From: Gammaproteobacteria bacterium
GTDB taxonomy: Bacteria; Pseudomonadota; Gammaproteobacteria; Eutrophobiales; Eutrophobiaceae
Assembly (NCBI GenBank): GCA_026710545.1
Contig: JAPOQU010000069.1
Coordinates: 3,791-67,790, forward strand
Direction of reading: 5' to 3'
DNA: 64,000 bases
Shown here piece after piece: positions 25,909 through 35,401 of the stretch (positions are counted from its first letter, which is position 1; each line of letters starts with the position of its first letter). Position numbers and translations under genes: made by a program. The notes under the pieces are model-generated. The model saw nothing but the letters and a program-made list of their open reading frames with translations, was not told the DNA's origin and searched no databases.

Positions 25909-26487
25909 TCATTTCCTCAGTTCAGGAAAGATCCGGCCGAAACCCATACTGAGTAGAAAATCTCTCAAGCTGTCTTCTACCGTACAGGCCCGCATAAGAC
26001 CGTCTTCACCCAGTTGTTTATAGATAGACCTGGCATCAAGCCCCTTGAAATACTCAGGCCAGATTTTAGCCAGTTCGGGTAATGACGCATCGGCAGGAGG
26101 TCTTTTATTCCCACATCCGGGAAAGTGTCTCAACAGGAATGCTTCAAAATTTGGCTCGCTATAGACCAACTTCACATTATCTTCTGCGATTAACGGTCTT
26201 ATCCTGTTATCTCTATCATTAGAACGGCCCAGCTTATCTGAGTCCAGCATAATAGCCTTTACCAGGTAGTCTCCGTGGTTCCTTGAATTCCGTTTCATCA
26301 GCCTGATCGACTCCTCGACTACTTTCAGTGGATCGCCCCCGCCGGTCACATTGTTGCAATCGATATGTATTGGTAAATTATGGTAATCCGCTATTTGTTG
26401 CAGGTATCGCCCGTAACTTCTTTCGCTGAACCCCTCGGTCCCCAGGAAAATCCTCTTTCTCCGCTTTCTTCCCTGCATTGGCAACAA
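25909..26487 (-). CDS. RloB-like (Toprim-type) protein, AbiLii-like
   Basis: 192-aa ORF with RIFLGTEGFSERSY (Toprim Glu region), AIMLDSDKL (DxD) and YSEPNFEAFLLRHF (compare the RloB SNPCFE.WLLLHF pattern). It starts 3 nt after the ATPase gene. Confidence 0.7.
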   Translation of the reverse strand: MLPMQGRKRRKRIFLGTEGFSERSYGRYLQQIADYHNLPIHIDCNNVTGGGDPLKVVEESIRLMKRNSRNHGDYLVKAIMLDSDKLGRSNDRDNRIRPLIAEDNVKLVYSEPNFEAFLLRHFPGCGNKRPPADASLPELAKIWPEYFKGLDARSIYKQLGEDGLMRACTVEDSLRDFLLSMGFGRIFPELRK

Positions 26488-26490
26488 ACC

Positions 26491-27705
26491 TCAACCGATA
26501 TTCGGCACGGCGCCGAATACGCCACCCAGGTACTTTTTGTAGTAGTTGTCTACTCTTCTGACTCCGGCGATGTCTTTTAACCCATATACCTGGGTTCTGC
26601 CATCAGGAGTCTTCTCGGTGAAATAGATTTCCTCTTTTTCCAGATGTTCCAGTAACGACGCATTGTGGCATGCTATGAATAACTGCGCGTTATTTGGGTT
26701 GGTTCGTTCATCGTGGAACCTGCCGATGATTTCAGGTATCAGGGCAGGATGAATATCATTGTCAACTTCATCCAGTACAAGTAATCCACCTGTTTCCAAT
26801 GTATAACGTATCAAGGGGAAGAGTTTAAAAAACTTTTGTGTACCCTGTGATTCAAACTCGTATGCCAGTTCGCTGTTTAACCCGGTATGTTGGAAAAGAG
26901 GCATTGGTACATGATTATGATTTGTACCGATGACAACTTTGTCGATACCCAAATCCAGCATCCGTATCTCACTGTTCAGTTCTTTAAGGACTTCATTGTC
27001 AGACATATAGATGTCGATAGTATCATTCAAGTCAGGATCATATTTTTGCAGAATAGAGACGTTCGTGAAAACAGTATTCACCACGGATGTAAAGGATTTG
27101 GAGATTATATGATTATATTGAACCAGGGTAGGTATGACACTGGCATTATCCCGAAATGTCTGCGGCGGATAATCCTTCACTTTTACTCTGAATTCAGATG
27201 AATCCTTTATCTGGTCCCCTTCGCGATGGAACAGCCTGCGGAATTTACCCTCCGGTGCAAAATACAAACTTTCTGACTTTACGATGAGATTTAGTTGTAA
27301 CTTAAGAGGATTTTTATGACTAGGCGCGTTTCTTAATACCAAACTATATCGATAAATGCATTGCTTCCCACCCTCTATTAAGTTGCCATCGAATTCGACT
27401 TCAAATCGTGAAATTCCCATCTGGCTGTCAAAATCTGCAAACGGAAATATGGGCAAATTATTTGTTGGAGGTTGATTAAATGACTCGGTTAAAAACCACT
27501 TTAAAAATCCCAATGCACGTAATACGGTCGTCTTACCTGATGCGTTAGCGCCAAATATGGAGACGACTTTGGGAATCCTGGTAGCAGATATTTCCTTATT
27601 TATGGCAAAGACAGGCAAATCCGGCGCATTGCTGGGCACCGCAAGATCAAGAACCTGTATATCCTTAATCGAATAGAAGTTCTCGATTGATATTTTTCTT
27701 AACAT
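26491..27705 (-). CDS. AAA_21/ABC-type ATPase (RloA/AbiLi-like)
   Basis: 404-aa ORF with IFGANASGKTTVLRALGF (Walker A) and GLLVLDEVDNDIHPALIPEII (Walker B/D-loop). Confidence 0.8.
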   Translation of the reverse strand: MLRKISIENFYSIKDIQVLDLAVPSNAPDLPVFAINKEISATRIPKVVSIFGANASGKTTVLRALGFLKWFLTESFNQPPTNNLPIFPFADFDSQMGISRFEVEFDGNLIEGGKQCIYRYSLVLRNAPSHKNPLKLQLNLIVKSESLYFAPEGKFRRLFHREGDQIKDSSEFRVKVKDYPPQTFRDNASVIPTLVQYNHIISKSFTSVVNTVFTNVSILQKYDPDLNDTIDIYMSDNEVLKELNSEIRMLDLGIDKVVIGTNHNHVPMPLFQHTGLNSELAYEFESQGTQKFFKLFPLIRYTLETGGLLVLDEVDNDIHPALIPEIIGRFHDERTNPNNAQLFIACHNASLLEHLEKEEIYFTEKTPDGRTQVYGLKDIAGVRRVDNYYKKYLGGVFGAVPNIG

Positions 27706-27813
27706 GACATTACGACAAAAAAGATACTTATTTGCGAATTTAACGTGCTATGAACACTCGTTAAATGAAATATAAGACAATTTTTTGCCGATGTCAATAT
27801 TTAACAGATCCTT

Positions 27814-28707
27814 TTACTCCCCCTCCAGCACCCCCTGACAAGCAGCCGGCAAATCGGCCATCATGATTTCGGGCGGTTGATCCTCCGGCGCCCGCGGCGG
27901 CGGGTACAGCGCCTCATCGGTAAACCACCAGTCCAGTTCCTCATCACAGCCGTCACCTTCGGGCGGTGCTTCCTGGTCAAGGCACGCGCCTTCATTTGGA
28001 CAATGCAAGCGGACATGAAAATGTGAGTCATGGCCCCACCATGGCCGCACCTTGCGCAGCCAGTCAACATCATCTTCTCCTCCGTCCTCGCAAAGCCGGC
28101 GCTTGATCGCCGCGTTCACGAAGATGCGGGCAACGGATTCATCCCGCGCCGCGGCTTCGATAACCTGCGAGTGCGCACCGGTCCAATAACCGTTCACATG
28201 CAACCGGTTTAACGCAACCACTGAAGGAGAACTGATCTTCTCCCGTTCCGCCACGCTCAGTTCCAGGCTGTCCGGCGCACGCAGCCAGATATCGGCGTCA
28301 AGGCCGATCTGGTGCGAACGGTGGCTGGAGACCATGGGCCCGCCGCGCGCATGGCTGATGTCGCCCACGTACAGGCCGGGCCAGCCGGCAGAATGGGCTG
28401 CGCGGGACAACCGCTCTATGAATGCAATCATTTCGGGATGGCCCCAGTTGCGGTTGCGGGACAGCCGCATCGCCTGCCAGCCCGGCCCTGATTCGGCAAG
28501 CTGTGCCGCCCCGGCCAGGCAGCCTGCGGCGTAACCGCCGAACGGAGCGGGCGCAGTGTTCGTCGGCGCATCCACCGCGCTGAAGGCGAACTTGGCCGGT
28601 TCCTCGTGCTGTGCGCCGGCGCTGAATGTGAGAATGAGGCTGACGCCGAACACCGCTACCAGCCCGTTGCGACAGACCGCCGGACAGTTTCTAAGCATGC
28701 TTTTCAA
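27814..28707 (-). CDS. mepA: penicillin-insensitive murein endopeptidase (M74)
   Basis: 297-aa ORF with a signal peptide, SSHRSHQIGLDADIW and WGHDSHFHVRLHCP. Confidence 0.85.
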   Translation of the reverse strand: MKSMLRNCPAVCRNGLVAVFGVSLILTFSAGAQHEEPAKFAFSAVDAPTNTAPAPFGGYAAGCLAGAAQLAESGPGWQAMRLSRNRNWGHPEMIAFIERLSRAAHSAGWPGLYVGDISHARGGPMVSSHRSHQIGLDADIWLRAPDSLELSVAEREKISSPSVVALNRLHVNGYWTGAHSQVIEAAARDESVARIFVNAAIKRRLCEDGGEDDVDWLRKVRPWWGHDSHFHVRLHCPNEGACLDQEAPPEGDGCDEELDWWFTDEALYPPPRAPEDQPPEIMMADLPAACQGVLEGE

Positions 28708-28783
28708 CGGACACTGATTTCCATCGATTTCCGTTTCTTACTGTTCTCGACCCACTGCGCCAGTAAAAACACCGGTCTGCTCC

Positions 28784-29212
28784 CTATTCCTCCGGCGTAA
28801 ACTGGCTCATACTGGGCGGATAGGCATCATACTTCGGCAGGTCGTCGTTGACCTCGCACCAGCTTGCCTTTGACTGCCAGAACATGTGTGCGGCATGCCC
28901 GATGTCAACCTCCCCGTCCAGGGTGGCGGCGGTTGCGGCCAGCACCTCGCCGCCGTTGATCTCCGCGACCAGGGCGGAACCGCACACGCTGCAGAACAGC
29001 CTGGCGGAGTGGGAACTGGACTGGTAGCGGGCCACCAGATTTTCGCCTTCCAACCAGGTGAAATTCTCCGGCGTCACCGGTTCGATATAAGTGCCGAACG
29101 CGGCGCCGTGGTATTTCTGGCAGAAGGTGCAGTGGCAATGGTCGATATCATCGGATGTGGTGGTTACTTCGTAGCGGATTTTACCGCACAGGCAACTGCC
29201 ATGGGTTTTCAT
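28784..29212 (-). CDS. GFA (CENP-V/glutathione-dependent formaldehyde-activating) family protein
   Basis: 142-aa ORF with GSCLCGKIRYEV, HCHCTFCQKYHGAAF and FCSVCGS zinc-Cys motifs. Confidence 0.85.
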   Translation of the reverse strand: MKTHGSCLCGKIRYEVTTTSDDIDHCHCTFCQKYHGAAFGTYIEPVTPENFTWLEGENLVARYQSSSHSARLFCSVCGSALVAEINGGEVLAATAATLDGEVDIGHAAHMFWQSKASWCEVNDDLPKYDAYPPSMSQFTPEE

Positions 29213-29289
29213 GGTTGTCTCTGATCAGGTTGATTTTTTTTGATGGTAGAGAGCCGATATTATGCCTTTTCAGGGGAGCATAAGTAAGA

Positions 29290-29319
29290 CTGGATTCCCG
29301 CTTGCGCGGGAATGACGGT
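29290..29319. repeat. 30-nt hairpin repeat CTGGATTCCCGC-TTGC-GCGGGAATGACGGT (copy 1 of 2)
   Basis: The second copy is at 55945..55974 and carries a compensatory stem change (CCCGC/GCGGG versus CCGGC/GCCGG). It is intergenic inside a minus-strand gene run. Confidence 0.75.
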
Positions 29320-29373
29320 TAGGTTCACACTTCCGCAAAGCCTGCCCCCCTGTGCAAGCAGGGGAACGACGGT

Positions 29374-30993
29374 TTATTTCTTCCGCATCTCCTTGAAGCC
29401 TGATACGAACCGGCTCAGGGTGTTGGACATCAGGCCGCGGGCAAGGTTGATGTCGATCAGTTGGAAGCAGGATTCATCCTCGAAAGCCTGTTCCAGGGCG
29501 GCGTGCAGTTCCTTTTTCGTGCCCGCCGAGCGGCCGCGGCCTCCCAGGGTGTCTGCCAGGGCGGCATAATCCAGCTTGTCCAGGTCGTTGAACGCGGATT
29601 CCGGCTGGAACGCGCGCAGCATCTCCCAACTGCTGTTATTGAACACCAGCACGATGGGGTTCCAGCCGTAACGGCTGCAGTTGAGCAGTTCCATCCCGGT
29701 CATCTGGAATGCCCCATCCCCGACCAGGATGAGGGGACGGCGGCCTGTTGCGGCCTGTACACCAAGACCGGACGGGACGCCGTAACCCATGGTGGCGTAA
29801 TAACCCGGCGCCACCAGTTCCGTGTGTTCCATGTCCATGGCCGTAAACAGGCAGTCGCCCATGTCCGCGGCGATGGGCAATGCGCCGTAGTGGTGGAACA
29901 TGTCATTGACCGCGGTGGCGATATCGGTCGGGGTGATGGGCGTATCCGTTAACTCCAGACCTTTTGGAAGGTCAAACAAAGTGGCCTCCCCTTGCGGCCT
30001 GTCCGGCAGCTTGTTATTCAGGGCCAGCACCAGTTCCTGCAATGGGATGTTGTGGTAAGTATGAAACCCCAGGGACACCGAACCGTCGCAGGCCAGGACG
30101 GTCCTGCGCAGGTCTATCTTTTTCTCCGAGATGCCGAAATTGGTATCGGACAACAGCACACCCAGCAGGAACAGGCCGTCGGAGGACTCGACCAGACCGG
30201 TCAATGCCTGTTCGCCGGCTATCCCCATATAGGTGCCCCGGAAGTCTATTGGCTGTCCCGCCAGCAACCCCTTGCCCATGAACGTGGTGGCTACCGGAAT
30301 ACCCAGTTTCCTGCTCAGCAGGGCAACGTCCTGCTCCAGTCCGTAACGGCGTATCTCCACACCCACCATCAGCACCGGGGAGCGGGCCTGCCCCAGCGCT
30401 TCGATGATCTCGTCCGTGCAGGCATCCAGGGCATCGGCATCGCAGTCACTGGTCAGCGGCAGTACGGGCACCGGGCCGCAGGTATCAAAGACCCTGTCAC
30501 GAGGCACTTCAATATAAACGGGGCGGGATTCGATAATGCAGTTTTTGAGAACGCGGGCAATCAGTTCGGGCGCCTGCGCCGGGTCATCCAGGACCACCTG
30601 GTCGCAGGTTACTTCCTTGTACACCTGTACCTGGGAATGGAGTTGCTTGGCCTGGTGGTGCACCAGCAGGCCGGTGGACCTGTCCGCCAGCCCCGGGCCG
30701 CCGGATATGACGATGACCGGTGATTTTTCCGCGTAGGCCGCGGCGATGGGGTTGACCATGTTGAGCGCCCCGGCGCCGTACGTAACTGCCGCCACCGAAG
30801 GCCTGGTATGAAAGCGCGCCGCGGCATCGGCGGCGAACCCCACTGCGGGCTCATGGCTCAGGGTGTACAGCGGCAGGATTTTGCTTTCTTCGATGACCTT
30901 GAACAACGGCAGGGCAAAATCACCGGGGATGCCGAAGATCTCTTTCACCCCGTATCCTTTCAAGGCCCTGAGCAACTGTTCGGCAAGGTACAT
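29374..30993 (-). CDS. TPP-dependent alpha-keto-acid decarboxylase (indolepyruvate/phenylpyruvate decarboxylase family)
   Basis: 539-aa ORF with MYLAEQLLRALKGYGVKEIFGIPGDFALPLF and the TPP motif LVGDGAFQMTGMEL...NN. Confidence 0.85.
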   Translation of the reverse strand: MYLAEQLLRALKGYGVKEIFGIPGDFALPLFKVIEESKILPLYTLSHEPAVGFAADAAARFHTRPSVAAVTYGAGALNMVNPIAAAYAEKSPVIVISGGPGLADRSTGLLVHHQAKQLHSQVQVYKEVTCDQVVLDDPAQAPELIARVLKNCIIESRPVYIEVPRDRVFDTCGPVPVLPLTSDCDADALDACTDEIIEALGQARSPVLMVGVEIRRYGLEQDVALLSRKLGIPVATTFMGKGLLAGQPIDFRGTYMGIAGEQALTGLVESSDGLFLLGVLLSDTNFGISEKKIDLRRTVLACDGSVSLGFHTYHNIPLQELVLALNNKLPDRPQGEATLFDLPKGLELTDTPITPTDIATAVNDMFHHYGALPIAADMGDCLFTAMDMEHTELVAPGYYATMGYGVPSGLGVQAATGRRPLILVGDGAFQMTGMELLNCSRYGWNPIVLVFNNSSWEMLRAFQPESAFNDLDKLDYAALADTLGGRGRSAGTKKELHAALEQAFEDESCFQLIDINLARGLMSNTLSRFVSGFKEMRKK

Positions 30994-31042
30994 TGGTTAT
31001 TGTGACTGCAAGCGGCTGGATTAATTCCCTCCGTTCGGTGTT

Positions 31043-31846
31043 TTAATGACATCCACTGCAAAAGTCAAGCACCTGCCTGTTGAAGTCCTCCGCAAATTCG
31101 TGGAATGAAAGGTGGGCCGGCATGTAATAGATCCCTGCATTCGGCTGGTTCTCGCTGATCCACTTCCCGGCTGCCTGTCGCCAGTCCTCGCGTACGACCT
31201 GCATGACGGGTATCTCCCTGTCGATCCTGCGGGCAACCTCCCGGTAGTCCAGGTCAAAACTGCTCCTGATAAGTTCAAAGGCAACAGGCTCCGGGGTCTT
31301 GGCGGCATCACTCAGCATCTCCTGTACAAACATGCTCCCCGGAGTACCGACGTAACAATGGTGCAGGTAGTGCTCAAAAAATTTCAAATGCCCGTATTCC
31401 TTCATCTTCCCGAGCCCGGCCTGCAATTCTGCTTCCTCCCCCTCGCCCCAGTCCGAACCGTTCTCCTTCATGATCTTCGGCGGTTCATCGATACTGATAA
31501 ACCCGCGCACGTTACCGGTGCCGTGCTTTTCGAAATACGAATAAGCAGCAGATACGCCCATGGACCAACCGGCGATGATGCAATTCTCTATTCCCAGCCG
31601 GGTGATGAATTCATACAGGTCGGCGCCGTGCCGGTCGTAGTTGTTGCCGTCTGCCGTAACGCTTGAATCGCCGTGACTGCGCGGGTCATAAGCCAGGACC
31701 CGGTAGTGTTCGGCAATTACCGGGAGGTTCCGGGCAAACACCCTGGTCGTATAAGTCCAGCCCGGTATGAAAATGACCGGCCTGCCGGTACCGTATTCTA
31801 GGTAAGAGAGCGCTAATTCATCGGACAGGACGATTCGCTTTTTCAT
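31043..31846 (-). CDS. alpha/beta-fold hydrolase
   Basis: 267-aa ORF with VIFIPGW and the nucleophile elbow IAGWSMGVSA. Its start overlaps the TonB-receptor stop (TGATG). Confidence 0.8.
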   Translation of the reverse strand: MKKRIVLSDELALSYLEYGTGRPVIFIPGWTYTTRVFARNLPVIAEHYRVLAYDPRSHGDSSVTADGNNYDRHGADLYEFITRLGIENCIIAGWSMGVSAAYSYFEKHGTGNVRGFISIDEPPKIMKENGSDWGEGEEAELQAGLGKMKEYGHLKFFEHYLHHCYVGTPGSMFVQEMLSDAAKTPEPVAFELIRSSFDLDYREVARRIDREIPVMQVVREDWRQAAGKWISENQPNAGIYYMPAHLSFHEFAEDFNRQVLDFCSGCH

Positions 31847-34155
31847 CAGAAGTCCTTGCGGACCTCGAGACCGAAGCTGCGCGGGCGGTTGGTCATGATA
31901 CGGGGCCGCCCTGGTTTCTCCGCCGCAATGGAGCGGTTATCCGACAGGTTGGCGTGTTCGTTAGTCGCGTTCTTTACAAACAGGGCCACGTCCCAACTGC
32001 CCGCCTGGTATGCGCCGATACGGAAATTAAGCAACTCGAAGGAATCCCTCACCCGGGGCGGCAATATTCCGCTGTTGTTTCCACTGAGACTGTCGTCGTA
32101 CCAGGAATAATCACCACGGATATAACCTTCCCAGTCAGAAAAAAGCGGGAAGCTGTATTCGGCAGCGGCATTAAAGGTGACTTCAGGCACCTGGGTAACA
32201 CGGTCCCCTTCTTCCGTACCTGCCAGGGAATTGCCTGTTGTTATCTCAGCGTCGGTGTAGCCAAATCCCATGGATAAATTCAGACCTGCTACAGGAACCG
32301 CCTCCAGTTCGACTTCAACGCCTTTATTCTTTGCCGCACCGGAATTCGCCACGTACTGGAATCCGCAGGCCAGCCGGTTCGTCTGCAGAATATCGTCCCA
32401 GTTGATATTGAACGCCGAGACGTTCAGATTCACCCGATTATCAAACCAGGAAGATTTCATGCCCATCTCAAAATTCCACAGCGAGTCTGAATCGAACGTG
32501 GCCACGTCCTCGCTGGTAATGCCCAGGCCGGCAAGCTCACCCGCACAAAGAAGCACCGGTACGGACAGGTTTACGCCGCCCACGCGAAAACCCTTGGACG
32601 CGGAAGCGTAAACCAGCAGGTCGTCAGTGACATCCAGTTCCAGCAGGACCTTGGGCACAACCCTGGAACTGCTGCGTGAGGTAGGCGGCAGGATTGTCGG
32701 ACCACTGTTGACAAACCCTCCCCGGTCGGAGGTGAAATCGATGGTCGTATCGGACCAGCGCGCGCCGGCGGTCAGTCTCAGGTCGTCACTCAGTCTTAAC
32801 GTCAGCTCACCGAACACCGCAATTTCTTCCGTATCCTGGTCATCGTACGTGTAAAACACCAGGTCGGAGCCCAGCAGGCCGGGGGGAACCGGCACCGGAA
32901 ATCCGGGGACAATACCCGTCAATATTGCATTCAGCGCACCGGTAAACTGCGCATTGATACCGGGTGCGAAGGACGGCGGATAGGTCAGGATATGTTCCCT
33001 GTCCTCGTAGAAGACACCCAGCGTCAAAGCCACGTCGTTAAACGGCAGGTCGCCAAAATCGGTAATGAAACGGGTTTCGTGCACCAGCGAAGAGTCCTCC
33101 TCTTCTTCATAGACAAAAGCGGGTATGTGAGGCTCTGGCAATCCACTGGCCGCAAACAGCAACCCGTCCAGCGTGCCGGTCTGGTCCTCATATTCCTCGA
33201 TCTTGCGGTCGAACCCTGCCGTGGTGGATACGATCTCGCCAATTCCGGTATCGATATTGACGGTCACACTGGCAAGCCACCATTCCTCCTCGCCGGGTTC
33301 TGCTATGTTGTTATGCCGGGGTACTTCAAAATTACCCGGGGAGAGGTCGGCAAGCGGCAGGTTATCCGAATCGGTGCGTTGGTACATGAACCGGGGTCTG
33401 ATACTGATGTTGTCCGCAGCATTCCACACGAACGAGATGGCGCCGCCGTAAAACTCATCGTCATCGACATTATTCACCGTATTGAATGCGGGCCTGTTGG
33501 AACCGGCTATATGTACCCGGTCAAACACGCCGGAATTCTGTGCGTAGTAAAACAGCGCACGGGCGCCCAGCACACCTTCCACAATCGGCGCGTTCACGCT
33601 GCCGTCCACCCGCCAGTTGATATCTCCCTCCTTGACGTCCGATATTGATGCCCCGAGATAGCCGTCGAACTCGTCGGCATCTGCCTGTTTCGTGATGACG
33701 CGCACCGTCCCGCCCATGGAGCGCGCACCGTAAAGGGTGCCCTGGGGGCCGCGTAACACTTCTACCCGGGAAATATCCGAGACCCGCGGGTTCATGTATT
33801 CCGGCACCGGGATATCGTCGATGTAAAAGCCGGTCGCACCGACCACACCGCCACCGGCCACGCCGCGGATTGCGGGAGAGCCCGAATTGAACCGGCCGTC
33901 AGCCTCGTTACTGAAGCCCAGGTTCGGGATCTTGACGCCGTAGTCGAATATCCCCTCGGCGCCGATACGCTGCAGTTCGAACTCGCCCAGGGCCGTGATG
34001 GACATGGGCGTATCCTGCAGGCTGGTCTCGCGCTTGGTCGCGGTAACGATGATCTCTTCAATAACCTGCGCCTGCACCGGTGCCGCGGCAACCGGGCACA
34101 GCAGGAATAAAATTACCCAGCGCCGGGTAAACATCATGATCTTTTTTCCAATCAT
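31846..34155 (-). CDS. TonB-dependent receptor
   Basis: It has a signal peptide, then EEIIVTATKRETSLQDTPMSITAL (plug), and ends ...SFGLEVRKDF (terminal aromatic). The start is uncertain (34155, 34137 or 34134). The ORF-track start 34242 is probably too long. Confidence 0.85.
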   Translation of the reverse strand: MIGKKIMMFTRRWVILFLLCPVAAAPVQAQVIEEIIVTATKRETSLQDTPMSITALGEFELQRIGAEGIFDYGVKIPNLGFSNEADGRFNSGSPAIRGVAGGGVVGATGFYIDDIPVPEYMNPRVSDISRVEVLRGPQGTLYGARSMGGTVRVITKQADADEFDGYLGASISDVKEGDINWRVDGSVNAPIVEGVLGARALFYYAQNSGVFDRVHIAGSNRPAFNTVNNVDDDEFYGGAISFVWNAADNISIRPRFMYQRTDSDNLPLADLSPGNFEVPRHNNIAEPGEEEWWLASVTVNIDTGIGEIVSTTAGFDRKIEEYEDQTGTLDGLLFAASGLPEPHIPAFVYEEEEDSSLVHETRFITDFGDLPFNDVALTLGVFYEDREHILTYPPSFAPGINAQFTGALNAILTGIVPGFPVPVPPGLLGSDLVFYTYDDQDTEEIAVFGELTLRLSDDLRLTAGARWSDTTIDFTSDRGGFVNSGPTILPPTSRSSSRVVPKVLLELDVTDDLLVYASASKGFRVGGVNLSVPVLLCAGELAGLGITSEDVATFDSDSLWNFEMGMKSSWFDNRVNLNVSAFNINWDDILQTNRLACGFQYVANSGAAKNKGVEVELEAVPVAGLNLSMGFGYTDAEITTGNSLAGTEEGDRVTQVPEVTFNAAAEYSFPLFSDWEGYIRGDYSWYDDSLSGNNSGILPPRVRDSFELLNFRIGAYQAGSWDVALFVKNATNEHANLSDNRSIAAEKPGRPRIMTNRPRSFGLEVRKDF

Positions 34156-34282
34156 TACTACCCCCATACAGGTGTATTTACATGATTTGACAAGGGACAG
34201 TATTACTGCTTGAATTAAGGGAGTGTTATCCTCAATGCGCAATATAAACGTATTTTTCAGGTTGAATTGGTGAGTACGTGCG

Positions 34283-35272
34283 ATGGATTATCCGATTTGC
34301 GCAAAAAAACCTTCGATCAGGAAACTTCATCACCGGGACATTGATGAACAGGCGGCCAGGCTTACCGGTTACGATCAATCCTACCAGCAGATCAGCAGGG
34401 GTTCTTTCAGCGGCACCTTCACCACCTGTGACATAAACCGGGAACTGAGTCTGTTTTTTGAAAAGACCAACCAGGTGGTATATCAAAATGCCACGGTCCC
34501 GCGTGGTTATTATGCGATCGGCTTGTTGATGAATACCGACAGGACGCTGACTCTGAACTGTGAACCTTTCCCGAAGGGAGCGGCGTTCATCCTGCCTCCA
34601 GGGGCCGAGATGGAGGGTATTTCATCGCCCGATATGAAAATCTGTATCATCCACGTATCCTGCGATTTACTGAAACGCGAGCTTCAACACCAGTACCGGG
34701 AGTTGAACCTGTTCAACCCGGACCGTATCCCCTATATGCTCGTTAACAACGTTACGGAAACGTGGCCCCTGTATTCATTGCTGGAAGATTTTCTGACAGG
34801 GGCGGATAAAGTGCATCTTTCCCTGGAAGGCGCGAACCAGTTGGCGGCACTCAAAAATACCTTGCTGGAAACGATATGTTCGGTGTTTATCACCAGGAAC
34901 GAGTCTGACAGGAATAAAACCGGCATGACGACAAGAACCAGACACCACCGGCTGTTCCATGATGCACTGGACATAATCAAGGATAATATTTGTGAAGAAT
35001 TGACGGTCGGGAAGCTGTGTGAAGAACTGACGGCATCACGGCGCACACTGGAATACGTATTCAATGAGAACATCAAAATGAGTCCGGCCAAGTACATAAG
35101 GGCCTTGCGCCTGAATAACATCAGGCGGGAAATCCTGTCGGTGGAGCACAGCACCCTGGGCGACATCGCAGCAAAATGGGGCATCTGGCACCTGGGCCGC
35201 TTCGCCAGGGATTACTACCAGCTTTTTGGAGAACTGCCTTCAGCGACCAAAGGGAATGCCGTCAGACGTTGA
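34283..35272 (+). CDS. AraC-family transcriptional regulator
   Basis: 329-aa ORF with the C-terminal HTH pair LTVGKLCEELTASRRTLEYVF...IAAKWGIWHLGRFARDYYQLFGELPS. It is divergent from the TonB-receptor operon. Confidence 0.85.
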   Translation: MDYPICAKKPSIRKLHHRDIDEQAARLTGYDQSYQQISRGSFSGTFTTCDINRELSLFFEKTNQVVYQNATVPRGYYAIGLLMNTDRTLTLNCEPFPKGAAFILPPGAEMEGISSPDMKICIIHVSCDLLKRELQHQYRELNLFNPDRIPYMLVNNVTETWPLYSLLEDFLTGADKVHLSLEGANQLAALKNTLLETICSVFITRNESDRNKTGMTTRTRHHRLFHDALDIIKDNICEELTVGKLCEELTASRRTLEYVFNENIKMSPAKYIRALRLNNIRREILSVEHSTLGDIAAKWGIWHLGRFARDYYQLFGELPSATKGNAVRR

Positions 35273-35296
35273 CGCAGGGACCGAGACAGGATACCT

Positions 35297-35363
35297 GGGG
35301 TCAGAGTAAAATCTTAAGGAGCGTTGCCGATGGCAAAATCGGCGGTGATTTTACTCTGACCCC
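35297..35363. repeat. GGGGTCAGAG-family element: perfect 16-bp inverted repeats GGGGTCAGAGTAAAAT / ATTTTACTCTGACCCC separated by 35 nt
   Basis: Read directly, between AraC (stop 35272) and hppD (stop 35402). Confidence 0.85.
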
Positions 35364-35401
35364 ACAAATTCGAAATCTGTCCCCCTGCCGGCCGTACCCC
35401 G

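Noticed and set aside
12968-27813. Search for integrase, transposase, tRNA or short att-like direct repeats bounding the island
   Set aside because: No ORF shows tyrosine/serine recombinase or DDE motifs. The only flanking repeat is the ~0.5-kb scoB duplication. The block is therefore not called a mobile element.
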